Shown: piece after piece, positions 29,491 through 38,765 of the stretch
Position numbering within the stretch: position 1 is the first letter of the stretch
Layout of the letters: each line of letters starts with the position of its first letter
From: Polyangiales bacterium
GTDB taxonomy: Bacteria; Myxococcota_A; Polyangia; Polyangiales; Polyangiaceae
Assembly (NCBI GenBank): GCA_038231275.1
Contig: JBBRLQ010000008.1
Location: 205,645 to 269,644, forward strand
DNA: 64,000 nucleotides
Direction of reading: 5' to 3'
Position numbers and translations under genes: made by a program
Notes under the pieces: generated by a model
Told to the model about the DNA's origin: nothing
Seen by the model: only the letters and a program-made list of their open reading frames with translations
Database searches by the model: none

Positions 29491-31272
29491 CTACCCGTTT
29501 CGCTGGCGTCGGGCGCGGCGCGCGAGGGGCCCGAGGCCGCCGCCGATGCCGGCGCCGAGGAGGCTCACGATGAAGAGCCCGGTGTCGTAGAGCCCGCCGG
29601 CGACCGCGTGCGAGTCGCGCAGAAGCACCGTGAAGAGGACGCGCATCAGGAACGCGGCGGCGCCATAGGCGACGAGCGCGGCGGTCGCGGTCCTGCGGAG
29701 ATCCGCGGCGAGCTGGAGGGCGCGCATGCTGTTCGGCCAAACGACCTTGTGGACGTGGAGCGCGAAAAGGACCGTCGGCGTCGCGGCGGCGAGCATGCTG
29801 CCGAGGATGAGGAGGACGCTCTCGGTGATCGTCAGCTCGCCGGCGTGGAAGAACCGCACGACGCCCGCGAGCGCGTCGACGAAGCCGCCCGTCAGCCACA
29901 GGCCGACCACGCCGCCGAGGAGTACGATCGTCGGCCGCGCCATCTTCGCCGCGCCCGGAGCCGGCGCCGTCGGCGTGTGCGCGAGGCCGGCGAACATCGT
30001 CCGCGCAGTGGCGTCGAGGCTGAGCGCGCTGCTCGACGGCGGCGCGTCGACGTGGATGCGCGAGAGGCTCGCGCCCGGATCGAACGGCGCCAGCGCGCGC
30101 TCGAGATCGGTCATCGTCTGGAAGCGATCGCGCGGGTCCTTGGCCATCGCGCGCTGGATGACCAGCTCGACGCCCTCGGGGAGGCGCGGCTCGATCGTGC
30201 GCGGGCGGATCGGCTCCTCGGTGAGGACGGCGGTGAGGATCGCCCCCGGATCGTCGGCGTCGAACGCCTTCTTGCCGGTCACGAGGTGGTAGAGCGTCGC
30301 GCCGACCGCGTAGACGTCCGCGCGCTGGTCCACCGACGCGTCGCCGCGCGCTTGCTCGGGCGCCATATAGCTCGGCGTGCCCATGATCATCCCGGTGCGC
30401 GTGAGGTTCGTGTTCCGCTGCGCCGCCTTGCTGATGCCGAAGTCGAGCACCTTGACGCGCCGGTTTGCGCCCTCGCCGACCAGGAAGACATTCTCCGGCT
30501 TCATGTCGCGGTGGACGATCCCGCGCGCGTGCGCCGCGACGAGCGCGTGGCACACCTGCCGAATGATCCGCACCGCCTCCATCGACTCGAGCTTGCCGGC
30601 CTTGTCGAGGTACGCGCCGAGCTCGACGCCCTCGAGGAACTCGCCGACCAGGTACGGCCGCCCGTCGACGGTCCGATGAACGTCGAACACGTCGACGACG
30701 TTCTCGTGGCTGATCGCGCTCGCGCTCTCAGCCTCGCGCTGGAAGCGCGTGACGACCTCCGGCTGACGCGCCAGATCGGCGTGCAGGACCTTCACCGCGA
30801 ACCGCCGATCCTTGAGGCGCAGGTGACGTGCCTCGTAGACGCGCCCCATTCCGCCTTCGCCGACGACGCGCACGATCTGGTACGTCTCACCGAGGAGCTT
30901 GCCGAGGAGCGGATCCTCCTGGGCCTCGTCGTCGCTGAGCGGCGTCGCGTCGCGCGGGCAGAGGAGGAAGTCGCCCGGGTAGCGCGTGTCGCACGACGTG
31001 CAGTGCTTGGTCAGCGGCAGGTCGCCGCCGAGCGCGGGAGCCCGGTAGGACGGGGCGGGAGAGACCGACGGCGACGCCTCGGGCGGAAAAGGAGGAGGCG
31101 CCGGGACCGTGATCGGGCGCATGCCGATAGGGGTCGCGCCCGCCGGCGAGCGGGGCATCGGATCGGTCGATGGACGCGGAATTTCCCTGGCGCTGGCCGG
31201 AGTTGGCATCGTCTGCGAAATCCGCTCCGGAGTGAACTCGCCGGGCTTGTCGCCTGAGAGCGGCGTGGACAT
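29491..31272 (-). CDS. Ser/Thr protein kinase with an N-terminal zinc ribbon and a C-terminal multi-TM region
   Basis: CTSC..CPRD, GEGGMGRVY, FAVK, HRDMKPEN, DFG, GTPSYMAPE, about 4 C-terminal TM helices. ATG 31272 lies 7 nt after TG-G-TATCAT. Confidence 0.92.
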   Translation of the reverse strand: MSTPLSGDKPGEFTPERISQTMPTPASAREIPRPSTDPMPRSPAGATPIGMRPITVPAPPPFPPEASPSVSPAPSYRAPALGGDLPLTKHCTSCDTRYPGDFLLCPRDATPLSDDEAQEDPLLGKLLGETYQIVRVVGEGGMGRVYEARHLRLKDRRFAVKVLHADLARQPEVVTRFQREAESASAISHENVVDVFDVHRTVDGRPYLVGEFLEGVELGAYLDKAGKLESMEAVRIIRQVCHALVAAHARGIVHRDMKPENVFLVGEGANRRVKVLDFGISKAAQRNTNLTRTGMIMGTPSYMAPEQARGDASVDQRADVYAVGATLYHLVTGKKAFDADDPGAILTAVLTEEPIRPRTIEPRLPEGVELVIQRAMAKDPRDRFQTMTDLERALAPFDPGASLSRIHVDAPPSSSALSLDATARTMFAGLAHTPTAPAPGAAKMARPTIVLLGGVVGLWLTGGFVDALAGVVRFFHAGELTITESVLLILGSMLAAATPTVLFALHVHKVVWPNSMRALQLAADLRRTATAALVAYGAAAFLMRVLFTVLLRDSHAVAGGLYDTGLFIVSLLGAGIGGGLGPLARRARRQRNG

Positions 31273-31360
31273 TCGCTGCATGATACCAGCCGTTGCCTCC
31301 CGTCGCGCTCCCAAACGGGGCGTCGCGATTTCGTCACCGGGGGCCGCCTCGTGATCGCGA

Positions 31361-31388
31361 TTGACGGGGGCGAGCCCCCGCCTATACT
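31361..31388 (+). promoter_or_regulatory. Sigma70-type promoter of rpsO-pnp
   Basis: TTGACG-16 nt-TATACT followed by a GC-rich discriminator (GCGCGCC). Confidence 0.7.
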
Positions 31389-31540
31389 GCGCGCCGGTCC
31401 GCCCGGATGCTCCGGGCCCGCTGCCGCAACACCTCGAAATTCGGGGCGTTCCGGCGAGAGGTCGAGCGGTCTTTCAACGGCCTTCACGGGCCTCACTACT
31501 CGACCCCAAAAACCCGCATCGCACAGGAAGTTTCGCCCCC

Positions 31541-31810
31541 ATGCCGCTTCACACCGACAAGAAGGTCGACCTCATCGAGAAGTTCCGCACGCACGAGTCC
31601 GACACGGGCTCGCCCGAGATCCAGATCGCGCTCCTCACCGAGCGGATCGGGTACCTCACGGAGCACTTCAAGACCCACGTGAAGGATCACCACTCGCGCC
31701 GGGGCCTCCTCAAGATGGTCTCCAAGCGCCGCGGCCTCCTCAACTACTTGAAGAAGACGAGCCTCGAGCGCTACCGCAAGACCGTCGCCGCGTTGAACCT
31801 CCGCAAGTAA
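31541..31810 (+). CDS. rpsO: 30S ribosomal protein S15
   Basis: [48 protein letters not shown]; 89 aa. Confidence 0.99.
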   Translation: MPLHTDKKVDLIEKFRTHESDTGSPEIQIALLTERIGYLTEHFKTHVKDHHSRRGLLKMVSKRRGLLNYLKKTSLERYRKTVAALNLRK

Positions 31811-32011
31811 CTCCCTCGAAGCGATCCGGGCATGGTGTCCGGGTCGCTTCTTCGCTTCTGCATCGTGCCTTGAAAACCTAGTCACTTGAACGGAACGCCT
31901 CCATCGCCTTGATCTTCGATTTCTGCGCCTGACGCCCTCGTCTTTCCGACGCCGCGTCGCACCCAGAAACCGAGGAACAAAGGTTGGAGCGGTCCGAGAA
32001 AGGTCCGTCCC

Positions 32012-34255
32012 ATGGCCTTCGTCCGCGAATCCGTCCTCATCAACGGCAAGCCCCTCACCTTCGAGACCGGCCGCCTCGCCAAGCAGGCGCACGGCTCGAT
32101 CCTCATCAGCTACGGCGAGAGCATGGTCCTCGTCACCGCGGTCAGCGGCGAAGAGCGCCCCGGTCTCGATTTCTTTCCGCTCACCTGCGAGTACGTCGAG
32201 AAGACGTTCGCGGCCGGCAAGATCCCCGGCGGCTTCTTCAAGCGCGAGGCGCGCCAGCGCGACGAGGAGATCCTCACCTGCAGGTTGATGGACCGCCCGT
32301 GCCGCCCGCTCTTCCCCGAGGGGTACCGCAACGACACGCAGGTCATCGCGACCGTGCTGTCGGCCGACAAGGTCCACCAGACCGACGTGCTCGCCGTCAC
32401 CGGCGCGAGCGCCGCGCTCCACATCTCGGACATCCCGTGGGCGGGTCCGCTCGCCGCCATCCGCGTCGCGCGCGTCTCCGGTGAGCTCATCGTCTTCCCG
32501 ACGTTCGAGCAGCAGGCCGCCGCCGACATCGACATGGTCGTCGCGTGCACGAAGGACGCGATCTGCATGGTCGAGGGCGGCGCCGCCGAGGCGAGCGAGG
32601 CCGACCTCATCGACGCGCTCTTCTTCGCGCACCGCGCCGCGCAGCCGGTCCTCGAGCTCATCGAGAAGCTCCGCGCCGCCGTCGGCAAGACCAAGCGCGT
32701 GTGGGAGCCCAAGGTCCTCGACGCCGCCATCGCGAAGCGGGTGGCGGATCTGTGCGACAAGGGCATCATCGAGTCGTCGCTCATCAAGGACAAGAAGGCC
32801 CGCTACGACGGCTACAAGGCCACCAAGACCAAGATGGTCGAGACGCTCACCGCCGAGATCGGCGCCGAGAAGTTCGCGGCCAACGAGAAGCTCATCAAGG
32901 GCGAGTTCGACGAGCGCAAATACGTCGTCGTCCGCGAGTACGTCCTCACCGAGAAGAAGCGCATCGACGGCCGCGACAGCAAGACGATCCGCGCGATCGC
33001 CACCGAGGTCTCGATCCTCCCGCGCGTGCACGGCTCCGCGCTCTTCCAGCGCGGCGAGACGCAGGCCATCGTCACCACGACCCTCGGCACTTCGGCCGAC
33101 GAGCAGAAGATCGACGCGCTCACCGGCGAGCGGTGGAAGCGCTTCCTCCTCCACTACAACTTCCCGCCCTTCTCGACTGGCGAGACCAAGCCGATGCGCG
33201 GCCCCGGTCGTCGCGAGATCGGCCACGGCGCCCTCGCCGAGCGCGCGCTCTTGCGCATGATCCCGGAGCAGGAGAAGTTCCCGTACACGATCCGCATCGT
33301 GAGCGAGACGCTCGAGTCGAACGGCAGCTCGTCGATGGCGGCGGTCTGCGGCGGCACGATGTCGATGATGGACGCCGGCGTCCCGATCAAGTCGCCGGTC
33401 GCGGGCATCGCGATGGGCCTCATCTCCGACGGCAAGCGCACGGCGATCCTGAGCGACATCCTCGGCGACGAAGATCACCTCGGCGACATGGACTTCAAGG
33501 TCTGCGGGACCACGAAGGGCATCACCGCGATCCAGATGGACATCAAGATCGCCGGGCTCTCCCGCGAGATCATGACGCAGGCGCTCGACCAGGCTCGCGA
33601 CGGCCGCATCCACATCCTCGGCAAGATGCTCGAGACGCTCGACCAGCCGCGCGCCGACCTATCGAAGTACGCACCGCGCATCACCACCCTCAAGGTGAAG
33701 CCCGATCAGATCCGCCTCGTCATCGGACCCGGCGGCAAGACGATCAAGGGCATCATCGACCAGACCGGCGTAGCGATCGACGTCGAGGACGACGGTACGG
33801 TCAACGTGGCCTCGAGCGATCCGGAGGCCGTGAAGAAGGCCCTCGACATCATCAGGGGCCTGACCGCGGAGCCGGAGGTCGGCGCCACGTACAAGGGCGC
33901 CGTCCAGCGCATCACCGACTTCGGCGCGTTCGTCGAGCTCCTCCCGGGGACCGACGGCCTGCTCCACATCTCGGAGATGGCGCACACGCGCGTCGACAAG
34001 GTCACCGACGTGATGAAGGAAGGCGACATCGTCGAGGTGAAGGTCCTCTCCGTCGATCGCGACGGCAAGGTCCGCCTCACGCGTCGCGAGCTCCTCCCCT
34101 TGCCGGAAGGCGAAGAGGGCGAGCGCGCGAAGGAGCGCATGCTCGCGGCCCGCGAGTCGGGCGGAGCGCCTCCGCGCCGCAGCGGCGGGGGGGATCGTGA
34201 TCGCGGGCCGCGGGGTGGTGGCGACAGGGGCGGGCCTAGGGGCCCGCGGCGGTAA
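32012..34255 (+). CDS. pnp: Polyribonucleotide nucleotidyltransferase (PNPase)
   Basis: ETGRLAKQA, FFPLT, GKIPGGFFKRE, RRE.GHGALAERAL, SNGSSSMA, DHLGDMDFKV, KH and S1 domains. Confidence 0.99.
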   Translation: MAFVRESVLINGKPLTFETGRLAKQAHGSILISYGESMVLVTAVSGEERPGLDFFPLTCEYVEKTFAAGKIPGGFFKREARQRDEEILTCRLMDRPCRPLFPEGYRNDTQVIATVLSADKVHQTDVLAVTGASAALHISDIPWAGPLAAIRVARVSGELIVFPTFEQQAAADIDMVVACTKDAICMVEGGAAEASEADLIDALFFAHRAAQPVLELIEKLRAAVGKTKRVWEPKVLDAAIAKRVADLCDKGIIESSLIKDKKARYDGYKATKTKMVETLTAEIGAEKFAANEKLIKGEFDERKYVVVREYVLTEKKRIDGRDSKTIRAIATEVSILPRVHGSALFQRGETQAIVTTTLGTSADEQKIDALTGERWKRFLLHYNFPPFSTGETKPMRGPGRREIGHGALAERALLRMIPEQEKFPYTIRIVSETLESNGSSSMAAVCGGTMSMMDAGVPIKSPVAGIAMGLISDGKRTAILSDILGDEDHLGDMDFKVCGTTKGITAIQMDIKIAGLSREIMTQALDQARDGRIHILGKMLETLDQPRADLSKYAPRITTLKVKPDQIRLVIGPGGKTIKGIIDQTGVAIDVEDDGTVNVASSDPEAVKKALDIIRGLTAEPEVGATYKGAVQRITDFGAFVELLPGTDGLLHISEMAHTRVDKVTDVMKEGDIVEVKVLSVDRDGKVRLTRRELLPLPEGEEGERAKERMLAARESGGAPPRRSGGGDRDRGPRGGGDRGGPRGPRR

Positions 34256-34267
34256 GGCTGCCGCCGC

Positions 34268-34332
34268 TACCTTCGCCTGGTGGGGGACCTTGCGGTCCCC
34301 CCTCACGAGCGTTTCGCTCGTGAGCCTCCCCC
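34268..34332 (+). repeat. REP-like double-hairpin element, family B, copy 2 (between convergent genes)
   Basis: TACCTTCGCCTGGT-GGGGGACCttgcGGTCCCCC-CTCACGAGCGtttCGCTCGTGAG-CCTCCCCC. A third hairpin, GTCGTGC-ttc-GCACGAC, lies at 34350-34366. Confidence 0.7.
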
Positions 34333-34386
34333 GCGCGTCGCGTTGCGAGGTCGTGCTTCGCACGACGGGGCGGGAGGGAGACGCGA

Positions 34387-35748
34387 CTAGCGTTTGGTTA
34401 GGATGAGGTAGCGCTTGCCGGATAGGCGGAGCGTCGACGTGACTTCGTAGCGTTCTCGGATGAGGGAAGATGCTAGGAGGCGGTCTTCGACGACGCGCGG
34501 GGGATCGTAGAAGACGAGTGCGTCGGGGTTGCGGGCCAGAAGGAACGCGGGGTCGACGCGCTTGGAGGTGTGGCCGCCGGGGAGGACGGCGATGGTGGGA
34601 TCGGTGAGGCCCGCGAGGTCCACGATCGTGGCCTCGGTGGCCGCCGAGAGCCAGCCCACGTCGAGGACGGCGACGATGTGTGCATCCTGCAACAATGGGC
34701 GCGCCGACGCGACGAGCTCTGCGCGATCTCGGCCGACGTGGCGGCCTGCCGGCGCGGCGACGACGTCGATGTAGATCTCGAAGCCGAGCGCCAAGGCGGA
34801 GCGGACGGCGAGGCTCCACCGGCGCGCGTGGGGGGCGAGGAGGACCGACGCGAGCAGCAGCGACGGCGCGATGGGGACGAGGAGGCGCGCGTACGGCATC
34901 CAGTCACCACCGACCGCCGCGACGACGAGGACGTGAACGAAGCCGGCAACGGCGAGCGCGCGGGCCTCTCGCGACGCGCCTTTGAGCGCCCGCGGCGCCA
35001 AGGCGAGCAGCGGGCCGCCCGTGACGAGCGCCGCAACGAAGGCGTACGTGACGCCGTGGTCGAGATCGCTCGGCTTCGCGAGGACCGCCAAGGGCGCCGC
35101 ACGTCCGAAGCAGACGAGCCGCACGAGCACGCACGCGGCGAACGGCGCGAACGCCGCGAGGCCCGCCAGCGCGCGCGCGCGCGAGGTGCTCGCGAACAGG
35201 ACTGCCAGCGCCACCGCCCATGGGGCCATCTCCGGGCGCAGCGACGCCGCGAGGCCGGCCACTACTGCCGCGCGCATGGGCCGGGCAGCGCTCGTGGCGG
35301 CCGTCGTCGCGAGCGCGAGCGCCAGCGCGGTTTCCATCCCGCTCACGGCGTGCGCGCCGATCGGCACACAAAGCGCGAGCGCGACGAACGCGACGATCTT
35401 TGCCGCGCGAGGCGCTGGCGCCGAGACGATGGCCGCGCCCCACGCCGCGGCGGCGGCGAGCCAGACGGCCAACCCCATGCACTTTGCACGCATCAGCACG
35501 TCGAGCGCGCTCCCGCCGGCCAGCGGCACCAGGAGCGGCGCCCATGGAAGTGGCGTCACGCCGTCGGTGGCGGCGCCTCCGGCATTGAAGACGTAGCCCT
35601 CGCCGGCGAGCAGATGGCGCGCGTACCGCACGGGAATGAGCGCGTCGTCGACGGTGAACCCCCACATTGCGATCGCCGGGATCGACGCCGCGACGATGCC
35701 GAGGATCGCCCCTAGCAAGGCGGGACGGGCGTGTCCAAATCCCTCCAT
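34387..35748 (-). CDS. Polytopic membrane protein, GT-C glycosyltransferase-like
   Basis: TVDDALIPVRYARHL..G.GYVFN..DGVT, SGMET, RPE, GGDWMPYARLLVP, IVDLAGLTDP, GH; multiple TM helices. Confidence 0.75.
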   Translation of the reverse strand: MEGFGHARPALLGAILGIVAASIPAIAMWGFTVDDALIPVRYARHLLAGEGYVFNAGGAATDGVTPLPWAPLLVPLAGGSALDVLMRAKCMGLAVWLAAAAAWGAAIVSAPAPRAAKIVAFVALALCVPIGAHAVSGMETALALALATTAATSAARPMRAAVVAGLAASLRPEMAPWAVALAVLFASTSRARALAGLAAFAPFAACVLVRLVCFGRAAPLAVLAKPSDLDHGVTYAFVAALVTGGPLLALAPRALKGASREARALAVAGFVHVLVVAAVGGDWMPYARLLVPIAPSLLLASVLLAPHARRWSLAVRSALALGFEIYIDVVAAPAGRHVGRDRAELVASARPLLQDAHIVAVLDVGWLSAATEATIVDLAGLTDPTIAVLPGGHTSKRVDPAFLLARNPDALVFYDPPRVVEDRLLASSLIRERYEVTSTLRLSGKRYLILTKR

Positions 35749-35827
35749 CCTCCGCAGAAAACTACGTTCCGTCGCGCGCACTACCTACGATTCGTACTCG
35801 GCACGCCATCGGCGGGCCATCCAAAGA

Positions 35828-38176
35828 ATGCGCTCCTTCGAGATCTTCGTCGGCCACCGAGCTTCTCAACCCTCCACGGGCTCCCTCGAGCGCGGGGCGC
35901 CATCCTCTGGCGTCGTGCGCGGGAACCCCACGCTGCGCCGCGCGCGCGAGGTCCTCGACGTCTTCGTCGAAGGAGCCAACGTGACCGCGCGCATCGAAGG
36001 GAGCCACACCTCGTGCATCCTGCGCGACCTGGGTCTGGCCCTCGCCGACCTGGCGCGGGCGCCACGCGGGAAGGCGCTGGTGCGCTTTTACGACGACGCG
36101 TGGGAGCTGGCGATCGAGCGCATCGGTGCGCGCGCGATGCTGAGCGTCTACCACGGCGGCCAGGACCCGCGCGTCGCCGTGTACGATCGCGCGGTCGTCT
36201 TCTCCGAGGTCGTCGACAGCGCCCGAGAAGCAATCGCCGCGGCGATCGAGCGCGGCACCGCCCCTCCGGCGGTCGAAATCGAGCTCCGCGAGGCAGGACA
36301 GGCGCTCGCCGCGGTGGATCGCGCGTCGTGCGAGGCGCTGGCGCCCGAGCCGGAGACGAGCCTCGTGCAGGTCGAGCCGGAGCGCGACGCGCCGATCGCC
36401 TTCGCCGCCGAGTTCATGATGCGCCTCGGCGACACCGAGAGGCGCGACGTCCTCGTCGAGCGCACCGATCTCCACGCGCTCCTCTTCCGCGGCAAGGTCC
36501 GCGCGGAGGTTCGCGGGCGGTCCGTCGACGCGGGCGAGGGGCATCCGTTCCTCTTCGCCGAGCGCCTCATCGAGCTCTCGCGCGACGCGCTCCGCGCCTG
36601 GGAGCGCGGTCGTCCGATGAACGTGCGCGTGGAGGCCGGCGGCATCGTGGTCGGTCTCCGCGTGTCCGCCGAAGGAGACTGCGCGCTCACGCAGGGCGCG
36701 GCGACCTTCCCCGCCCTCTCGGTCCCCGACGTCGTCGAGGCCGCGCTCAGCTTCGGCCGCACCCTCGTGCGCGCCTTGGTCCGCCGCGATCGCGCGAGCC
36801 GCGCGAACCTCCGCCTCTCCGCGCTGCGCCAGAAGCTCCGCGACACCGCCGATCACCTTCGCGAGGCGCGCCTCGAGGACGCAAAGATCAACGACGCGCC
36901 GGAGGCCTACCGCGCCTTCGCCCTGTCCGCGCAACTCCGTACGAGCCCAGCCAACGGCACGTCTGCCCCCGGGCGCCTCCGCTACACGCCACGTTGGCGC
37001 GCCATCGTGCCGCAGATCGATCTTCGCTCCACGTTCCTCTGCGGCGATCGTCTCGTCGTCGGCGCCGCGCAGGAGACCTTCTGCCTCGATCGCGTGAGCG
37101 GCGAAGTCCTCTGGCGCGCCGCCACCGAGCGCGCCACGTGCGTCGTGACCCCAGGCGGCCTCGCGCGCCTGTCCGCGACCGGGCAGCTCGACGTCCACGA
37201 CTTCGGCACCGGGGAAATTTCCCTGCGAACGGAGCTCGCGCCGCGCCTCGGCGGCCCCAGCGCCGGCGCCGTCGTGCACGTGACTGGCCTGCCCCGCCTC
37301 CTCATCGTCACCGAGGGTGAGCGACACCTCGTGGCTGTCGATCTCGCGAGCGGCGAGCCGCGCTGGCGCTTCGCGTGGGCCCCCGCCAGCAAATCGCGCG
37401 CGGCGACCTCCGAGCGCGCCGCACTCCGCATGAAGCGCGCCGGCAAGCTCCTCTACTTCACGTGCGGCGACAGCGCGCTCACCGCGCTCGACGTCTTGAC
37501 CGGCGCCGTCGTCTGGCGCCTCCGGGATCGCCTCCGCTTCCAGGCCGCGCCGACCCTCGACCACGACGCCCTCTTCGCGCTCGCCGGCGGCGCCAACTGC
37601 GCCGCGCGCCTCCACGCCGTCGACGCGTTCTCGGGCCGCACCCGCTGGTCCGCGCTCGTGGAGGACGGCTCCTCAGGATGCACCGTCGAGGGCTCTCCCC
37701 TCGTCGCAGCCGAGGCCGTCGTCGTCGCTGCCCGCGATCGCCACGGCCTGCGCCTCTTCGCCTACGATCGGGACACCGGCGTGCTCCTCTGGTCGACCAA
37801 AGGCACCGCGGCCCCCGTTGGCACCAGCTGGCTCGTGGTCGACGATCTCCTCCTCGGCAACACCCCCACCGGCGATCTCGTCGCGTACTCGGCTGCCACC
37901 GGCGAGCTCCGCTATCGCCACGTCCTCGGCCGCGCGCTCGACGCCGACACCCCACGCCGCCTCGAGCCCGTCCTCCGCTCCGGCGCCCTGTTCGTTCCGT
38001 ACACCGACGTCCACGTCTTCCGCCCCGGCGACGGCGCGCTCCTCGGCACCATCGCCCCGTGCGAAGCGATCCCCGATCTACTCCGCGTCGACGAGCGCTG
38101 CGACGTCTACGTTGCCGAAGAGAGCGGCCACCTCGCGTGCTTCGCGGCAGGACCAAAGCTCAGTCTCGTAAGGTGA
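35828..38176 (+). CDS. PQQ-binding-like beta-propeller repeat protein with an uncharacterised N-terminal domain
   Basis: Repeated A.D..(T/S)G...W blades (CLDRVSGEVLW, AVDLASGEPRW, ALDVLTGAVVW, AVDAFSGRTRW, AYDRDTGVLLW). No signal peptide. Confidence 0.85.
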   Translation: MRSFEIFVGHRASQPSTGSLERGAPSSGVVRGNPTLRRAREVLDVFVEGANVTARIEGSHTSCILRDLGLALADLARAPRGKALVRFYDDAWELAIERIGARAMLSVYHGGQDPRVAVYDRAVVFSEVVDSAREAIAAAIERGTAPPAVEIELREAGQALAAVDRASCEALAPEPETSLVQVEPERDAPIAFAAEFMMRLGDTERRDVLVERTDLHALLFRGKVRAEVRGRSVDAGEGHPFLFAERLIELSRDALRAWERGRPMNVRVEAGGIVVGLRVSAEGDCALTQGAATFPALSVPDVVEAALSFGRTLVRALVRRDRASRANLRLSALRQKLRDTADHLREARLEDAKINDAPEAYRAFALSAQLRTSPANGTSAPGRLRYTPRWRAIVPQIDLRSTFLCGDRLVVGAAQETFCLDRVSGEVLWRAATERATCVVTPGGLARLSATGQLDVHDFGTGEISLRTELAPRLGGPSAGAVVHVTGLPRLLIVTEGERHLVAVDLASGEPRWRFAWAPASKSRAATSERAALRMKRAGKLLYFTCGDSALTALDVLTGAVVWRLRDRLRFQAAPTLDHDALFALAGGANCAARLHAVDAFSGRTRWSALVEDGSSGCTVEGSPLVAAEAVVVAARDRHGLRLFAYDRDTGVLLWSTKGTAAPVGTSWLVVDDLLLGNTPTGDLVAYSAATGELRYRHVLGRALDADTPRRLEPVLRSGALFVPYTDVHVFRPGDGALLGTIAPCEAIPDLLRVDERCDVYVAEESGHLACFAAGPKLSLVR

Positions 38177-38278
38177 GCGAAAAGCGCACCGCACCGCTGC
38201 GCCTCTCGAGGGCTGGTCAATGAAGGAACCAGGTCCTCGATTTGCGGGCATCGGGCATTCGTGCGACGATCTTTCGGA

Positions 38279-38704
38279 ATGCCCGATCGGCAGGTCTGCA
38301 TCGACTGCGGGACGCTCTCTCCCGAGACGGAGACGAACTACACCCTCATCAGCTCCCAGTTCGGCTGGCGGCTGACGCGGACGCGTACGGCCGACGGCCA
38401 ATTCAACATCGAATGGCGCTGCCCCGCGTGCTGGAAAGACCACAAGCGCGCGAAGCAAGCGACCGACGAAGCGCGCAACGCGACGAGCAGCATCCCCCCA
38501 CCCTCGCCCGGGCGTCCCCTCCCGAGCTTCCCCTCGCGCCCGCCGCTCCCGGAAGAAGAGCCGACCCTCCAGCGCGCGGCCATCAGTCGACCGCCGACGC
38601 CGGGAGCGCCCCTCCGCCCCCGCACCGGCCCATCGTCGACGCCCGCCGACGGCTCTCCCATCCCCGGCCGCCTCCCCCCAAGCCGCCTGCCGCCGCGCCG
38701 CTGA
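38279..38704 (+). CDS. Small zinc-ribbon protein with a Pro-rich tail
   Basis: CIDC..SPETETNYTLISSQFGWRL..EWRCPACW. GC3-biased codons. Confidence 0.75.
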   Translation: MPDRQVCIDCGTLSPETETNYTLISSQFGWRLTRTRTADGQFNIEWRCPACWKDHKRAKQATDEARNATSSIPPPSPGRPLPSFPSRPPLPEEEPTLQRAAISRPPTPGAPLRPRTGPSSTPADGSPIPGRLPPSRLPPRR

Positions 38705-38705
38705 T

Positions 38706-38735
38706 TGGAGCGAAGCGCAGCGGAGCGAAACGCTC
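38706..38735. repeat. REP-like intergenic repeat, family A, copy 2
   Basis: TGGAGCGAAGCGCAGCGGAGCGAAACGCTC, near-identical to 5841-5870. Confidence 0.75.
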
Positions 38736-38765
38736 CTGAAAGGCTGCACGCGGCGCCGCGCGGCG

